NCBI GenBank assembly: GCA_964406815.1
Contig: CAYOTC010000002.1
Location: forward strand, 7,906-71,905
Source of the DNA: an uncultured Bdellovibrionales bacterium
Lineage (GTDB): Bacteria > Patescibacteriota > Minisyncoccia > Moranbacterales > UBA2206
Reading direction: 5' to 3'
DNA: 64,000 nucleotides
The notes beneath the pieces were generated by a model. It saw only the letters and a program-made list of their open reading frames with translations. It had not been told where the DNA came from and did no database searches. This document shows positions 21,427 to 29,577 of the stretch, piece after piece (positions within the stretch are counted from its first letter, which is position 1; the number at the start of each line of letters is the position of its first letter). Made by a program: the position numbers and the translations under genes.

Positions 21427-22959
21427 TTATTCCGACTTGAAGCGATATTGAATTGATTCGGCGATGTGTTGCGGGAGGATATTGTCTGATCCGGATAAAT
21501 CGGCAATAGTTCGAGCGACTTTGATTATGCGAAAATAGGATCGGGCGCTTAAATGAAACCGGGAAACGGCATTTTTCATAAGTTCCAATGATCCGCCGTC
21601 TAGTGTACAGAATTTTTTTATTTCATCACTTTCCATCTCACTATTAGTGATTATTTTTGAATTTTGAAACCTTTTTTTCTGTATTTTTCTGGCTTTTTCT
21701 ACTCGATTTCTTATATTTTCCGAACTTTCCTCACGGCTCTCTTCGGACAATTTTTCAAATTTTACCCGTGGAACTTCTACGTGAAGATCGATGCGATCCA
21801 ATATCGGACCGGAAATTTTGGCTTGATAGCGAATAATGTTGGTCGGACTACAGGAGCATATTTTTTCCGGATCGGTAGCATTGCCGCAAGGACAAGGGTT
21901 CATCGCGGCAATAAGGGTAAATCTGGCAGGAAAATCTAATGTTCCTTGAGCACGGGAAACACTGATTTCTCCATTTTCCAATGGTTGCCTAAGATTTTCC
22001 AGAACGGAACGAGAAAATTCGGGGAATTCATCCAGAAAGAGTATACCGCGATGAGCGAGGCTAATTTCACCCGGGCGAGGAAACGTTCCCCCACCGACTA
22101 ATGAGACAGCTGAGGCGCTGTGGTGAGGCGAGCGAAAGGGTCTTTGAGTGATTAGTCCGGATTTTTTTTGCAATAATCCAGCAACAGAAAATATTTTTGT
22201 TACTTCAAGTGCTTCTTCGATAGTTAGTCTTGGAAGAATTGAAGTGAGCGTTTTAGCTAGGAGTGTTTTCCCGGAACCAGGAGGACCATTTAAAATTACA
22301 TTATGCGCTCCGGCAGCGGCAATTTCTAGGGCTCTTTTAGCGTGTTCTTGACCTTTGATATTTGCCATATCAAGAAAGTTTTTTTCTTGGGCGAAAAATT
22401 TTTCCAAATCGGGTTTGGGAGTGGGGGTAATTTTTGAAACTCCTTGGAGATGAGAAATTAATCCTTTTAGATTAGAAACCGGGATTATATCCAAATCACT
22501 TATGATTGAAGCTTCGGCGGCATTTTCTTCCGGCACATATATTTCTTTCAAGCCTTTTTCTTTGGCTAAGATTGCCATTGGCAGAACGCCTTTTATCGGA
22601 CGGATTTTCCCTTCCAAAGAAAGCTCTCCGATAAACATTTTATTCTTATAATCAAATTCAGTTTGTCCGGTTGTAAGAAGAAATCCTAAGGCCATAGGCA
22701 AATCATATATCGGACCTTCTTTTTTTATATCAGCCGGAGCAAGATTAACCGTTATTCTTCCGCAACGATGAGGTGGTACAAAACGGCTGTTTCTTATGGC
22801 TGCTCCAACCCGATCCTGGGATTCTTTTACCGCCATATCAGGCAATCCGACTATATTAAATCTATGAAGTCCGGCGGAAACAGCATCAACTTCAACTTCA
22901 ATAAGTTCGCTTTTTAGGCCGATTGTAGTGGCAGATAATACTTTAGAAGATGTGGACAT
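21427..22959 (-). CDS. comM: YifB/ComM Mg-chelatase-like AAA+ ATPase
   Basis: IVGLPD, VNLAPAD, GPPGSGKT, RSPHH, LFLDEFPEF, AMNPCPCG. Confidence 0.92.
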   Translation of the reverse strand: MSTSSKVLSATTIGLKSELIEVEVDAVSAGLHRFNIVGLPDMAVKESQDRVGAAIRNSRFVPPHRCGRITVNLAPADIKKEGPIYDLPMALGFLLTTGQTEFDYKNKMFIGELSLEGKIRPIKGVLPMAILAKEKGLKEIYVPEENAAEASIISDLDIIPVSNLKGLISHLQGVSKITPTPKPDLEKFFAQEKNFLDMANIKGQEHAKRALEIAAAGAHNVILNGPPGSGKTLLAKTLTSILPRLTIEEALEVTKIFSVAGLLQKKSGLITQRPFRSPHHSASAVSLVGGGTFPRPGEISLAHRGILFLDEFPEFSRSVLENLRQPLENGEISVSRAQGTLDFPARFTLIAAMNPCPCGNATDPEKICSCSPTNIIRYQAKISGPILDRIDLHVEVPRVKFEKLSEESREESSENIRNRVEKARKIQKKRFQNSKIITNSEMESDEIKKFCTLDGGSLELMKNAVSRFHLSARSYFRIIKVARTIADLSGSDNILPQHIAESIQYRFKSE

Positions 22960-23026
22960 TATGGTTAATTTGTGGATAAAAAAACAAAGCACCGGACAAA
23001 TGGCTTAAATTAGGATTTATTTTGGT

Positions 23027-23449
23027 TTATTTATTTTTTATTTTATTTATTCGGAGGTTTTTTGGAAAAATATTTTTAGTTATCAACAGGATGGCTCCGG
23101 CGGAAATCAAAATATCAGCAATATTGAAAATCGGCCAAACCTTTATATCAATAAAATCTATAACACAACCAAAAAATAAACGATCAATAATGTTTGAAAA
23201 AGCGCCAGAAAGGATTAACAATAAGCTAAAAATAGTTAATTTCGATCGACTTTTGAATATTAACAGCACAATTGCTGTGATTATAATAATCCAAAGAAGG
23301 TAAAAAATTCCTAAACTCAGGTGTATTCCAAAAGAAATTCCAGAATTACAAATATAAAATCCGCCCGATGAGCGGATAATATATTTTGAAAGTTGGTCGA
23401 TGATAACCAATGCTGATACTGTAAGTGATTGTTTAAGGATTAAATTCAT
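23027..23449 (-). CDS. lspA: Lipoprotein signal peptidase
   Basis: [31 protein letters not shown]. Confidence 0.92.
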   Translation of the reverse strand: MNLILKQSLTVSALVIIDQLSKYIIRSSGGFYICNSGISFGIHLSLGIFYLLWIIIITAIVLLIFKSRSKLTIFSLLLILSGAFSNIIDRLFFGCVIDFIDIKVWPIFNIADILISAGAILLITKNIFPKNLRINKIKNK

Positions 23450-23465
23450 TTTTATGCAAAGCTAC

Positions 23466-23819
23466 TCAGCATTTTATGCAGGTTGTGGCGGCCGGATTGG
23501 CTTTTAGTCTGTCAATTTCAATTTCCTTTTGGCAGTTTTCACAGAAGCCATAAGCTCCCTTTTCCATCCGATCAAGAGCGGCAATTATTTCTTGAAGTCT
23601 TTTCTCTAGGGTGATCTCTACTGGAAGGTCATCAGTGTATTGATCAACTTCAGAAGCATTATCTTCCCGATCAGAACCAATTTCTTCAAAAGAAGTTTCA
23701 TAATCGCCAGCTTTCTGATTTATCGGTTTGGCAATTTTAGAAATATTTTCTTCTATTTCTTTTTTTTCCACAAGGAGCATGTTCTTGAGTTCATTCAGGT
23801 CTTTTTTGTCGATAGCCAT
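23466..23819 (-). CDS. DksA/TraR C4 zinc-finger protein
   Basis: ALDRM..YGFCENC...RLKANP...CIKC. Confidence 0.88.
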   Translation of the reverse strand: MAIDKKDLNELKNMLLVEKKEIEENISKIAKPINQKAGDYETSFEEIGSDREDNASEVDQYTDDLPVEITLEKRLQEIIAALDRMEKGAYGFCENCQKEIEIDRLKANPAATTCIKC

Positions 23820-23899
23820 ATTGTTTTCATTTAAAATTAAAAAGTTTTTATTATTAACTACAGCATCATTTTAACAGAAAGGTTTTTTTGTGTCTATTA

Positions 23900-24292
23900 T
23901 TACAAACAGATTATATGTTTAATTTCTGACTTTTCTGGAAAAGCTTCATCTATTAAGACAGAAATGGCATCAAATCGATAACCGCAATGGAAAAGCTTTT
24001 TTTGATTTAAATAGGCATTTGAAATACGTTCAAGTCTTCTGAGTTTCGGATAAGTTATATTTTCTTCCGGTAGGGTTTGACCATATTTGATCCGGTCACG
24101 AGTCTTAACTTCAACAAAAACGATGTCATCGCTCTTCAGGTCTTTGGCGATGATATCAATTTCCCCTAGTTGTCTTCCGGATGTATTAGAATAGTTCATT
24201 TCCAGGATTTTATATCCCTTGCTTTTGAGGTAGTTAGCCGCCAATTTCTCGCCAATATCGCCAATTTTTCTTTTAGAAGTTGGATTATTCAT
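23900..24292 (-). CDS. yraN: YraN family endonuclease-like protein
   Basis: GEKLAANYL, GEIDII, FVEVKTR, RFDAI. Confidence 0.88.
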   Translation of the reverse strand: MNNPTSKRKIGDIGEKLAANYLKSKGYKILEMNYSNTSGRQLGEIDIIAKDLKSDDIVFVEVKTRDRIKYGQTLPEENITYPKLRRLERISNAYLNQKKLFHCGYRFDAISVLIDEAFPEKSEIKHIICL

Positions 24293-24327
24293 ATCAAAAT
24301 TATAGCTTAAAAAAGGAAAAAAGCAAT

Positions 24328-24797
24328 AAAAAAACACCTTCCTGGTGCCATTAATCTTTTTTAAAAAAGTATGGAAACCAGGCGCCTCGTACGCCGAATA
24401 ATATATAAATTTGGCTTGAAGCGCCCGGCATTCGTCATGCTAACATACGACATTGAAACTTCTTAGCCTTCGGGTGAGGGAGGCATCAGTAGTTATTTTA
24501 TGCATATGTATTTTATGCACGACTTCGTTTTTTCTTATTTCTGACTTATAAGATTCTTATTCTACTATTCTCTGGTGATTACACCTTTGAATTTAAAGAA
24601 CTTTATTTTTTATTTGTTTTTATTTTTTAATAAAAAATATTTATTTTTGTTTTAGGGTCTCTGATGTCAGATATCAGAGCGATTGAAATGCATTGATTTC
24701 AATACTTGAACAGTAGAACGGTTTTCAATCGCAAATAGGGGGAAATTGCGATTGAAAGCTGTTCCACCGTTATAATTTCGAGTTTTTAATGTTCAGT
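24328..24797 (-). ncRNA. Candidate ~465-nt structured non-coding RNA or long leader
   Basis: Near-consensus promoter upstream, no ORF, nested helices, and a terminal hairpin plus U-tract. Confidence 0.5.
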
Positions 24798-24803
24798 AAT
24801 TCC

Positions 24804-24832
24804 ATTATAGCAAAAAAAAAGGCAAAAGTCAA
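24804..24832 (-). promoter_or_regulatory. Sigma70-type promoter TTGACT-17-TATAAT
   Basis: Direct reading of the minus strand. Confidence 0.75.
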
Positions 24833-25006
24833 TGTTTTAAGCGTTAAATTTTTAAAAACATCATTTTTTCTAGAATTTATTAGAAAAAAGTTTCTTTCTG
24901 AAAAATTTTGAAAAAAATATTATTTTTTCAAAAAATACAATTAAAATTTAAAATTATTTTTAAATATTTGCTAGGAAAAATTGAAAAAATTTTTATTGCC
25001 AACAAG

Positions 25007-25015
25007 TTATCCACA
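25007..25015 (+). promoter_or_regulatory. Perfect DnaA box TTATCCACA in AT-rich intergenic DNA
   Basis: Consensus match. Others at 17699-17707 (+) and 22971-22979 (-). Confidence 0.45.
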
Positions 25016-25107
25016 GATCTGTTTATTGAATAAAAAAACAAACAATTTTTCTAAAAGCATCTTTGTTTGTTTTTTTAATTTTCAATTTTGATTCTAGGTT
25101 TATTGGT

Positions 25108-26265
25108 TTATTGGTTGGTTGTTTCTGGTGTGTTTTGAGATGTTTCAATTTCTTCCAAATTTTTAGCGGGGAGAATTTCTTCTTTTGAAATAATATTTTC
25201 ATTTTCCGGCTTTGATAAACGGTCTATTATCGATCGCAGAGTGTCTTTAGATGTTCCAATAATAAGAAGATTGCCATAGGTTGTATAATCGATTGAAAGC
25301 GGTTCAGATGACTCGAGGTTTTGATAACGTATTTTGGCGCTTTTATATTCACTATTTCCAAATTCTTTACCAGAATTGAAATTTTCCGTAAACATTATAG
25401 GTTTCAATTCATTCGCTAAATTAATTTCTTCGTCGAGCATTATTTTTTCCATAGTTTCTCGATTTTTTGTTTCAATAGATAATCCTATCTTAGGAGTAGT
25501 GTCATTGAAAATAAAAATATTGAAATTATCGCCAAGATTAGAAATTACTGCAGGAGATAATCCTAATCCTATCTTTGATGCGAATTCACTAAAGGTTATG
25601 CGTTTGTTAGTGCTATCAGTAATTACAAATTCCAGGGCGTGTAAGTATTTTTCATCTCTCACGACATCCATAAATTTTTTAAGTTCTTTTTGGAGTTGGA
25701 GACTATCTATTGTTTCGAATTCAAGCTGTATATAATTTGGATTTTCTTGTGAATATGACAAGGTCGGAGCAATTTCTTCCGGCTCATTCGTTGTTTCCGG
25801 TATGTTTATGGTTTCTTCGGTGACTTTTTGCTTGTTTATTCCCCAAAAATAATAACCAAGAGATATGAGCGCAATAACAAGTACAGCAACTATTATGTAA
25901 AAAAAAGTATCGAATTTTTTTCCTGAAACAGATTGCGGATGTTCTATTGAAACTGTTGATGGAAGTTCGGAAGTTTCCGGAATGATGTTTTCAGGTCTTG
26001 TTGGCGAAGGAGTGTTCCCTATCGGATTATTCATAAAAGGGCTGGTTTTTTGTTTTGGAGTCAATTCCTCTTCCGGAGATTTTTCCTGGAGGTCATTTTG
26101 AAATGCGGTTTTCTTTAAAGAAGGATTTTTAAGAAACTCCAAATCTTCTTTCATCGTGTGGATTGGAATATCATTGATATTAAAATTTTTTTTCTGTGAA
26201 AGATTAAGCATTTTCGATGCTTCTTCTTGCAGGGAATCATTGGAAGTGTTTGGATTTTGTATCAT
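25108..26265 (-). CDS. Single-TM hypothetical protein
   Basis: Pro-rich N-terminus, TM at ~120-140, C-terminal domain resembling 2991-3722. Confidence 0.65.
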   Translation of the reverse strand: MIQNPNTSNDSLQEEASKMLNLSQKKNFNINDIPIHTMKEDLEFLKNPSLKKTAFQNDLQEKSPEEELTPKQKTSPFMNNPIGNTPSPTRPENIIPETSELPSTVSIEHPQSVSGKKFDTFFYIIVAVLVIALISLGYYFWGINKQKVTEETINIPETTNEPEEIAPTLSYSQENPNYIQLEFETIDSLQLQKELKKFMDVVRDEKYLHALEFVITDSTNKRITFSEFASKIGLGLSPAVISNLGDNFNIFIFNDTTPKIGLSIETKNRETMEKIMLDEEINLANELKPIMFTENFNSGKEFGNSEYKSAKIRYQNLESSEPLSIDYTTYGNLLIIGTSKDTLRSIIDRLSKPENENIISKEEILPAKNLEEIETSQNTPETTNQ

Positions 26266-26381
26266 TTTTTTTTAAAGCTCTAAAATTTTTAGAAGCTTGT
26301 GATTAAAATAAAAGAAAGATTGTTTTAATTGTTTATATTCTACAACAAAATTATTTTTTTGGCTACAGTCTTATTTGAAAA

Positions 26382-26413
26382 TCGGCGGTTTGCGACTTGT
26401 CGCAAACCGCCGA
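26382..26413. repeat. GC-rich palindrome with cgac-tt-gtcg core
   Basis: tcggcggtttgcgac-tt-gtcgcaaaccgccga. Confidence 0.7.
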
Positions 26414-26435
26414 GCATTATAATCTGAGACAATTT

Positions 26436-27938
26436 CTATTCCACCCGATACTTCTCTTTCATTAATTCCTCTTCTTTTTTCTTTTCTTCTTCAATTTTTT
26501 TCTTAGCCATATCGCGAAGTTCCTCTAAGTCTTTATTATTAAGATCTTTAGCTAACTCAAGAAGTTTTGTTTTTTCATTCAATTTTTGGTCGTCAATAAC
26601 CAAGGCCAGAAGAACATCCAAAATTGTGCCGATTTTCGGTCCAGGAGCTATGTTTAGTTTTTCCATCAAATCATTTCCGTTAATTTTCAGTTGTTTGACG
26701 GAAATAGCATCGTAAGAAACTTTTTCCACCATAAACTTGAAGTGGCGAAGCTTATACGGCACAGCTTTTGGTACTCCAGAGCCCAATCTGTCCGCTATCC
26801 TGACATCAATAAGATCGTTGATATTTTCCAAACCGACTTTTTGGATGACACGTCGCACCCCCGACTCCCCGACTTCATCAACGTTGTAATAAAACATATG
26901 GTTTTTCACGAGAAGTGCGGTTTTATCGATGATATTTTTGGAAAATTTCAAGCGTTCAAGAATTTTTTTTGCAAGGCGTGCCCCCGCATATTCATGAGCA
27001 TAAAAAGTGGCATTCTCCCCTTTTCCGCGCTTGGTTTCCGGCTTTCCTATATCATGAAGAAGAGAAGCCAGTCGCACTTCCAATTTTTTTGACGGACATT
27101 TTTCCAAACTGGCAATAAGATGTTTATAAACCGTATTATATGGTCCGTAATAATGATGATGGCTCTGCTCTACTTCTATTCCGATTTCGATTTCCGGAAT
27201 TATATATTGCAATAGGCCGGTTTCATGGAGTATTTCTACGCCTTTGGCCGGTTGAGCTGAAAGCATGATTTTCCCAAATTCGTCCCGAATTCTTTCGGCT
27301 GAAATGAATTTAAGGTTTTTAGCATTGCCTTTTATCGCTTTTAGGGTTTTATCTTCAATTTCAAAACCAAGTTGGACAGCAAAACGGACAGCCCGCATCA
27401 TTCGGAGCGCATCTTCATTGAATCTGTCAGTAGGCTTCCCTACTGCCCGGATAATTTTATTTTTCAAATCATTTTGTCCGTCGAATAAATCAATTATCTC
27501 AAAATCAATGTTTTTAATCTTAAGGGCCATAGCATTTATCGTAAAATCCCGGCGACTCAAGTCTTCTTCCAAGTTTTTGGCAAATTTTATGGCATCAGGA
27601 TGACGTTTGTCGGTATATTTCGACTCGATTCTATATGTCGTAATCTCTACAACTTCTACTTTCTCCGATTCTTGATCCTTATTTTCTGTTTCTTGTTTTC
27701 TGATTTTTACGCCGACTGTGCCAAAATCATTTTCATAAACACTATCTGGAAATATTTTCACGATTTCATTAGGTTTAGCATTAGTTGCGATGTCCCAATC
27801 TTTCGGTTCGACAGGCTCACCGTGGATGATTCTAATGAGAAAATCTCGCACACATCCGCCGACGATAAAAGCCTCAAAGCCGTTCTTTTCGAGCTCATTT
27901 GTCACTTCCAATATATACGGTGGAATTTTTTCAATCAT
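26436..27938 (-). CDS. cca: CCA-adding tRNA nucleotidyltransferase with HD domain
   Basis: VGGCVRD, DWDIAT, DLSRRDFTINA, EDALRMMR, LHDIGK. Start at MIEKIP. Confidence 0.92.
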   Translation of the reverse strand: MIEKIPPYILEVTNELEKNGFEAFIVGGCVRDFLIRIIHGEPVEPKDWDIATNAKPNEIVKIFPDSVYENDFGTVGVKIRKQETENKDQESEKVEVVEITTYRIESKYTDKRHPDAIKFAKNLEEDLSRRDFTINAMALKIKNIDFEIIDLFDGQNDLKNKIIRAVGKPTDRFNEDALRMMRAVRFAVQLGFEIEDKTLKAIKGNAKNLKFISAERIRDEFGKIMLSAQPAKGVEILHETGLLQYIIPEIEIGIEVEQSHHHYYGPYNTVYKHLIASLEKCPSKKLEVRLASLLHDIGKPETKRGKGENATFYAHEYAGARLAKKILERLKFSKNIIDKTALLVKNHMFYYNVDEVGESGVRRVIQKVGLENINDLIDVRIADRLGSGVPKAVPYKLRHFKFMVEKVSYDAISVKQLKINGNDLMEKLNIAPGPKIGTILDVLLALVIDDQKLNEKTKLLELAKDLNNKDLEELRDMAKKKIEEEKKKEEELMKEKYRVE

Positions 27939-28035
27939 ATTATTGTCTTTATCATATACTTCTTCGCCATAAAAAGGCAAATCAAAAATTCCGGAAAATT
28001 TCCGGAGTTTTTTCGTTTGTGCCCTCAGCAGGAAT

Positions 28036-28165
28036 TTCACCCCGCAACCATTTTTTGTTTGTCTCCTCAGTAGGAATCGAACCTACATCTCATCCTTAGG
28101 ACGGATTTGCTCTATCCATTGAGCTATGAGGAGGAATATTAATTTTAAAAATGGTGCGAGGCAGG
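28036..28165. mobile_element. IR cassette (ttcaccccgcaaccattttt...aaaaatggtgcgaggcagg) carrying tRNA-Arg
   Basis: Terminal inverted repeats shared with 29199-29315 and 29079-29182. Confidence 0.65.
28062..28133 (-). tRNA. tRNA-Arg(CCT)
   Basis: Acceptor CTCCTCA/TGAGGAG, D-arm GCTC/GAGC, loop GT-CCT-AA, T-loop GTTCGATT. No encoded CCA. Confidence 0.9.
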
Positions 28166-28166
28166 C

Positions 28167-28802
28167 CTACATCTCATCCTTAGGACGCCTGCCTGCCAGT
28201 AGGCAGGGATTTTCTCTATCCATTGAGTTATAGAAGCTTGATATTATTTCAGTTATTTTTTTGTCGTATTTTTCATTCCAATCATGCTCCACGTTTTCCA
28301 TATCTATTATCGGGATATTTTTAGAATACAAATAATCTCGCATTATTTTATCACAATAAACATAATCTTTTTCTCCGCAAATCACAATCAGTTTATCTTT
28401 CGGAATTTCATTTAAAATAGCATCGAAATCATATCTTAGCAATTGCCAGCATTTTTTGATACTAAAAATATAATTTCTGAAGCCCTGTATATGTTTTTTT
28501 GTTGCAGGAGTTTTTTCGCGTCTGTGGAAAGTTATCCATTTTCCAAACCATGTAAAAATACTTCTTTTTGGAATTAAAGGATTCACCAAGATAAGATTTT
28601 GATTCTTGTTTTTTTTCCAATTGAGCAAAGCCCAATTGCATCCTAAACTATGACAGATTAAAAAATCAGCGGATATTGGATATGTTTCGGCTAATCGTTC
28701 TTTCCATATTTCTAGGACTGTATGTAGAGAATTTTTTCCAATATACATCCCCCCTTCATTCAGCCAACCGGGAATCAGAAGTATTTTTTTATTATTTTCC
28801 AT
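28167..28802 (-). CDS. Alpha/beta hydrolase fold protein
   Basis: LIPGW, CHSLG nucleophile elbow, GEKD, EHD. Start MENNKK; the C-terminus runs through the pseudo-tRNA. Confidence 0.75.
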   Translation of the reverse strand: MENNKKILLIPGWLNEGGMYIGKNSLHTVLEIWKERLAETYPISADFLICHSLGCNWALLNWKKNKNQNLILVNPLIPKRSIFTWFGKWITFHRREKTPATKKHIQGFRNYIFSIKKCWQLLRYDFDAILNEIPKDKLIVICGEKDYVYCDKIMRDYLYSKNIPIIDMENVEHDWNEKYDKKITEIISSFYNSMDRENPCLLAGRRPKDEM

Positions 28803-28857
28803 TTTATTTATCTTATGTGGACTTGAGGAGATTTGAACTCCTGACCCCTGCAATGCG

Positions 28858-28977
28858 CCACGCATCAAAACAAATTCTTGTGGACTGTACCGGAGTCGGA
28901 CCGGTGACCTCCGCAATGCGAATGCGGCGCTCTACCAACTGAGCTAACAGCCCTAATAATTTTTTGTGCGGTGTAAA
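28858..28977. mobile_element. Degenerate IR cassette (ccacgcatcaaaa...tttttgtgcggtg) carrying tRNA-Ala
   Basis: Imperfect inverted ends related to the ccccgcac/gtgcgggg family. Confidence 0.55.
28881..28953 (-). tRNA. tRNA-Ala(CGC)
   Basis: GGGCTGT/ACAGTCC-A with G3:U70; CCGCA-TT-CGC-AT-TGCGG. Confidence 0.93.
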
Positions 28978-29078
28978 AATGCAGTGCTCGGACCCTGTCC
29001 GCCCTCTGGCGGAAACTGAGCTACAAGCCCGTCGAATCAGTGAACAATACTGGACTCGGACCAGTGACCTCTATAGTG

Positions 29079-29182
29079 CTTGCCCCGCACAAATTTATAA
29101 ATATATTTGCAGGCACAATCTTTTTAACGGAAATGTTTTTAATAATCTGAGACATTCAGTAAATTATTTGTTGCGGGGTGAA
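29079..29182. mobile_element. Empty IR cassette (cttgccccgcacaaa...tttgttgcggggtgaa), AT-rich interior, opposite orientation
   Basis: Same ends as 29199-29315 but inverted. Confidence 0.65.
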
Positions 29183-29198
29183 AATGTAGCGCTCTAAC

Positions 29199-29315
29199 TT
29201 CACCCCGCACCATTTTTTTGTGGACCTGTCCAGGTTCGAACTGGAGACCTCGCCGATGTGAACGGCGCACTCTAACCAGCTGAGCTACAGGTCCATAAAA
29301 ATGGTGCGGGGCAAG
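29199..29315. mobile_element. IR cassette (ttcaccccgcaccattttt...aaaaatggtgcggggcaag) carrying tRNA-Val
   Basis: 15-bp perfect inverted repeat ccccgcaccattttt/aaaaatggtgcgggg around the tRNA. Confidence 0.7.
29221..29294 (-). tRNA. tRNA-Val(CAC)
   Basis: GGACCTG/CAGGTCC-A; CGCCG-TT-CAC-AT-CGGCG; GTTCGAAC. Confidence 0.93.
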
Positions 29316-29353
29316 ACTGAGCTAATTGTCCGAATTAAATTTTTATAAATTAG

Positions 29354-29426
29354 TGGACCTGAGGAGACTCGAACTCCTGACCTCTTCCATGCCATGGAAG
29401 CGCTCTACCAGCTAAGCTACAGGCCC
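29354..29426 (-). tRNA. tRNA-Ala(GGC)
   Basis: GGGCCTG/CAGGTCC-A with G3:U70; CTTCC-AT-GGC-AT-GGAAG. Confidence 0.95.
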
Positions 29427-29577
29427 GAAATAAAAATGTTACTCAAAAATTTTACCTCGACTATCCCCTTTTAGTCAAACTTCCTGATCGATTAAGTTTG
29501 TATAAAGTAATTTTTTAGACAAGAATAATTTTATATTTGCGATAATTCACTCACAATACTAGAATAAATATATTCCT

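Larger units (their letters stand above)
28020..28237 (-). pseudogene. Disrupted outer tRNA-Arg(CCT), split in the T-loop by a tRNA-carrying IR cassette
   Basis: Rejoining 28237-28166 with 28035-28020 gives GCTTCTA..ACTC..GAGA..AATCC-GT-CCT-AA-GGATG..GTAGG/CCTGC-TGAGGGC-A. It also has a 20-bp palindrome inserted at 28188-28207. Confidence 0.75.
28818..29030 (-). pseudogene. Disrupted outer tRNA-Ala(CGC), split between positions 33 and 34
   Basis: Rejoining gives acceptor GGGCTTG/CAAGTCC-A with G3:U70, CTGCA-TT|CGC-AT-TGCAG, and AGGAG-TTCAAAT-CTCCT. The D-loop carries a tccgcc..ggcgga palindrome. Confidence 0.8.
29041..29331 (-). pseudogene. Disrupted outer tRNA, probably Val(CAC), with two IR cassettes
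   Basis: Rejoining gives GGACAAT-TA-GCTC-AGT|GTTA-GAGC-G-CTACA-TT|CAC-TATAG-AGGTC-ACTGG-TCCGAGT-CCAGT-ATTGTTC-A. Confidence 0.7.

Noticed and set aside
24678-24760. Recurrent (GCG)ATTGAAA resembling CRISPR repeat ends
   Set aside because: Copies alternate in orientation and form hairpins. There is no regular repeat-spacer period and no cas gene.
26419-29154. 13-bp match ataatctgagaca at 26419 and 29142
   Set aside because: A single short AT-rich match that cannot be distinguished from chance.
28858-29182. Group I intron explanation for the insertions at tRNA position 33/34
   Set aside because: The inserts are only ~105-120 nt and lack P7/catalytic core sequences.
28803-29197. ORF-track extensions and ORFs over the tRNA cluster (28916 start, 28676-28942, 28964-29197) and the cca extension to 28040
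   Set aside because: They overlap tRNA or pseudo-tRNA sequence; better starts lie at 28802 and 27938.
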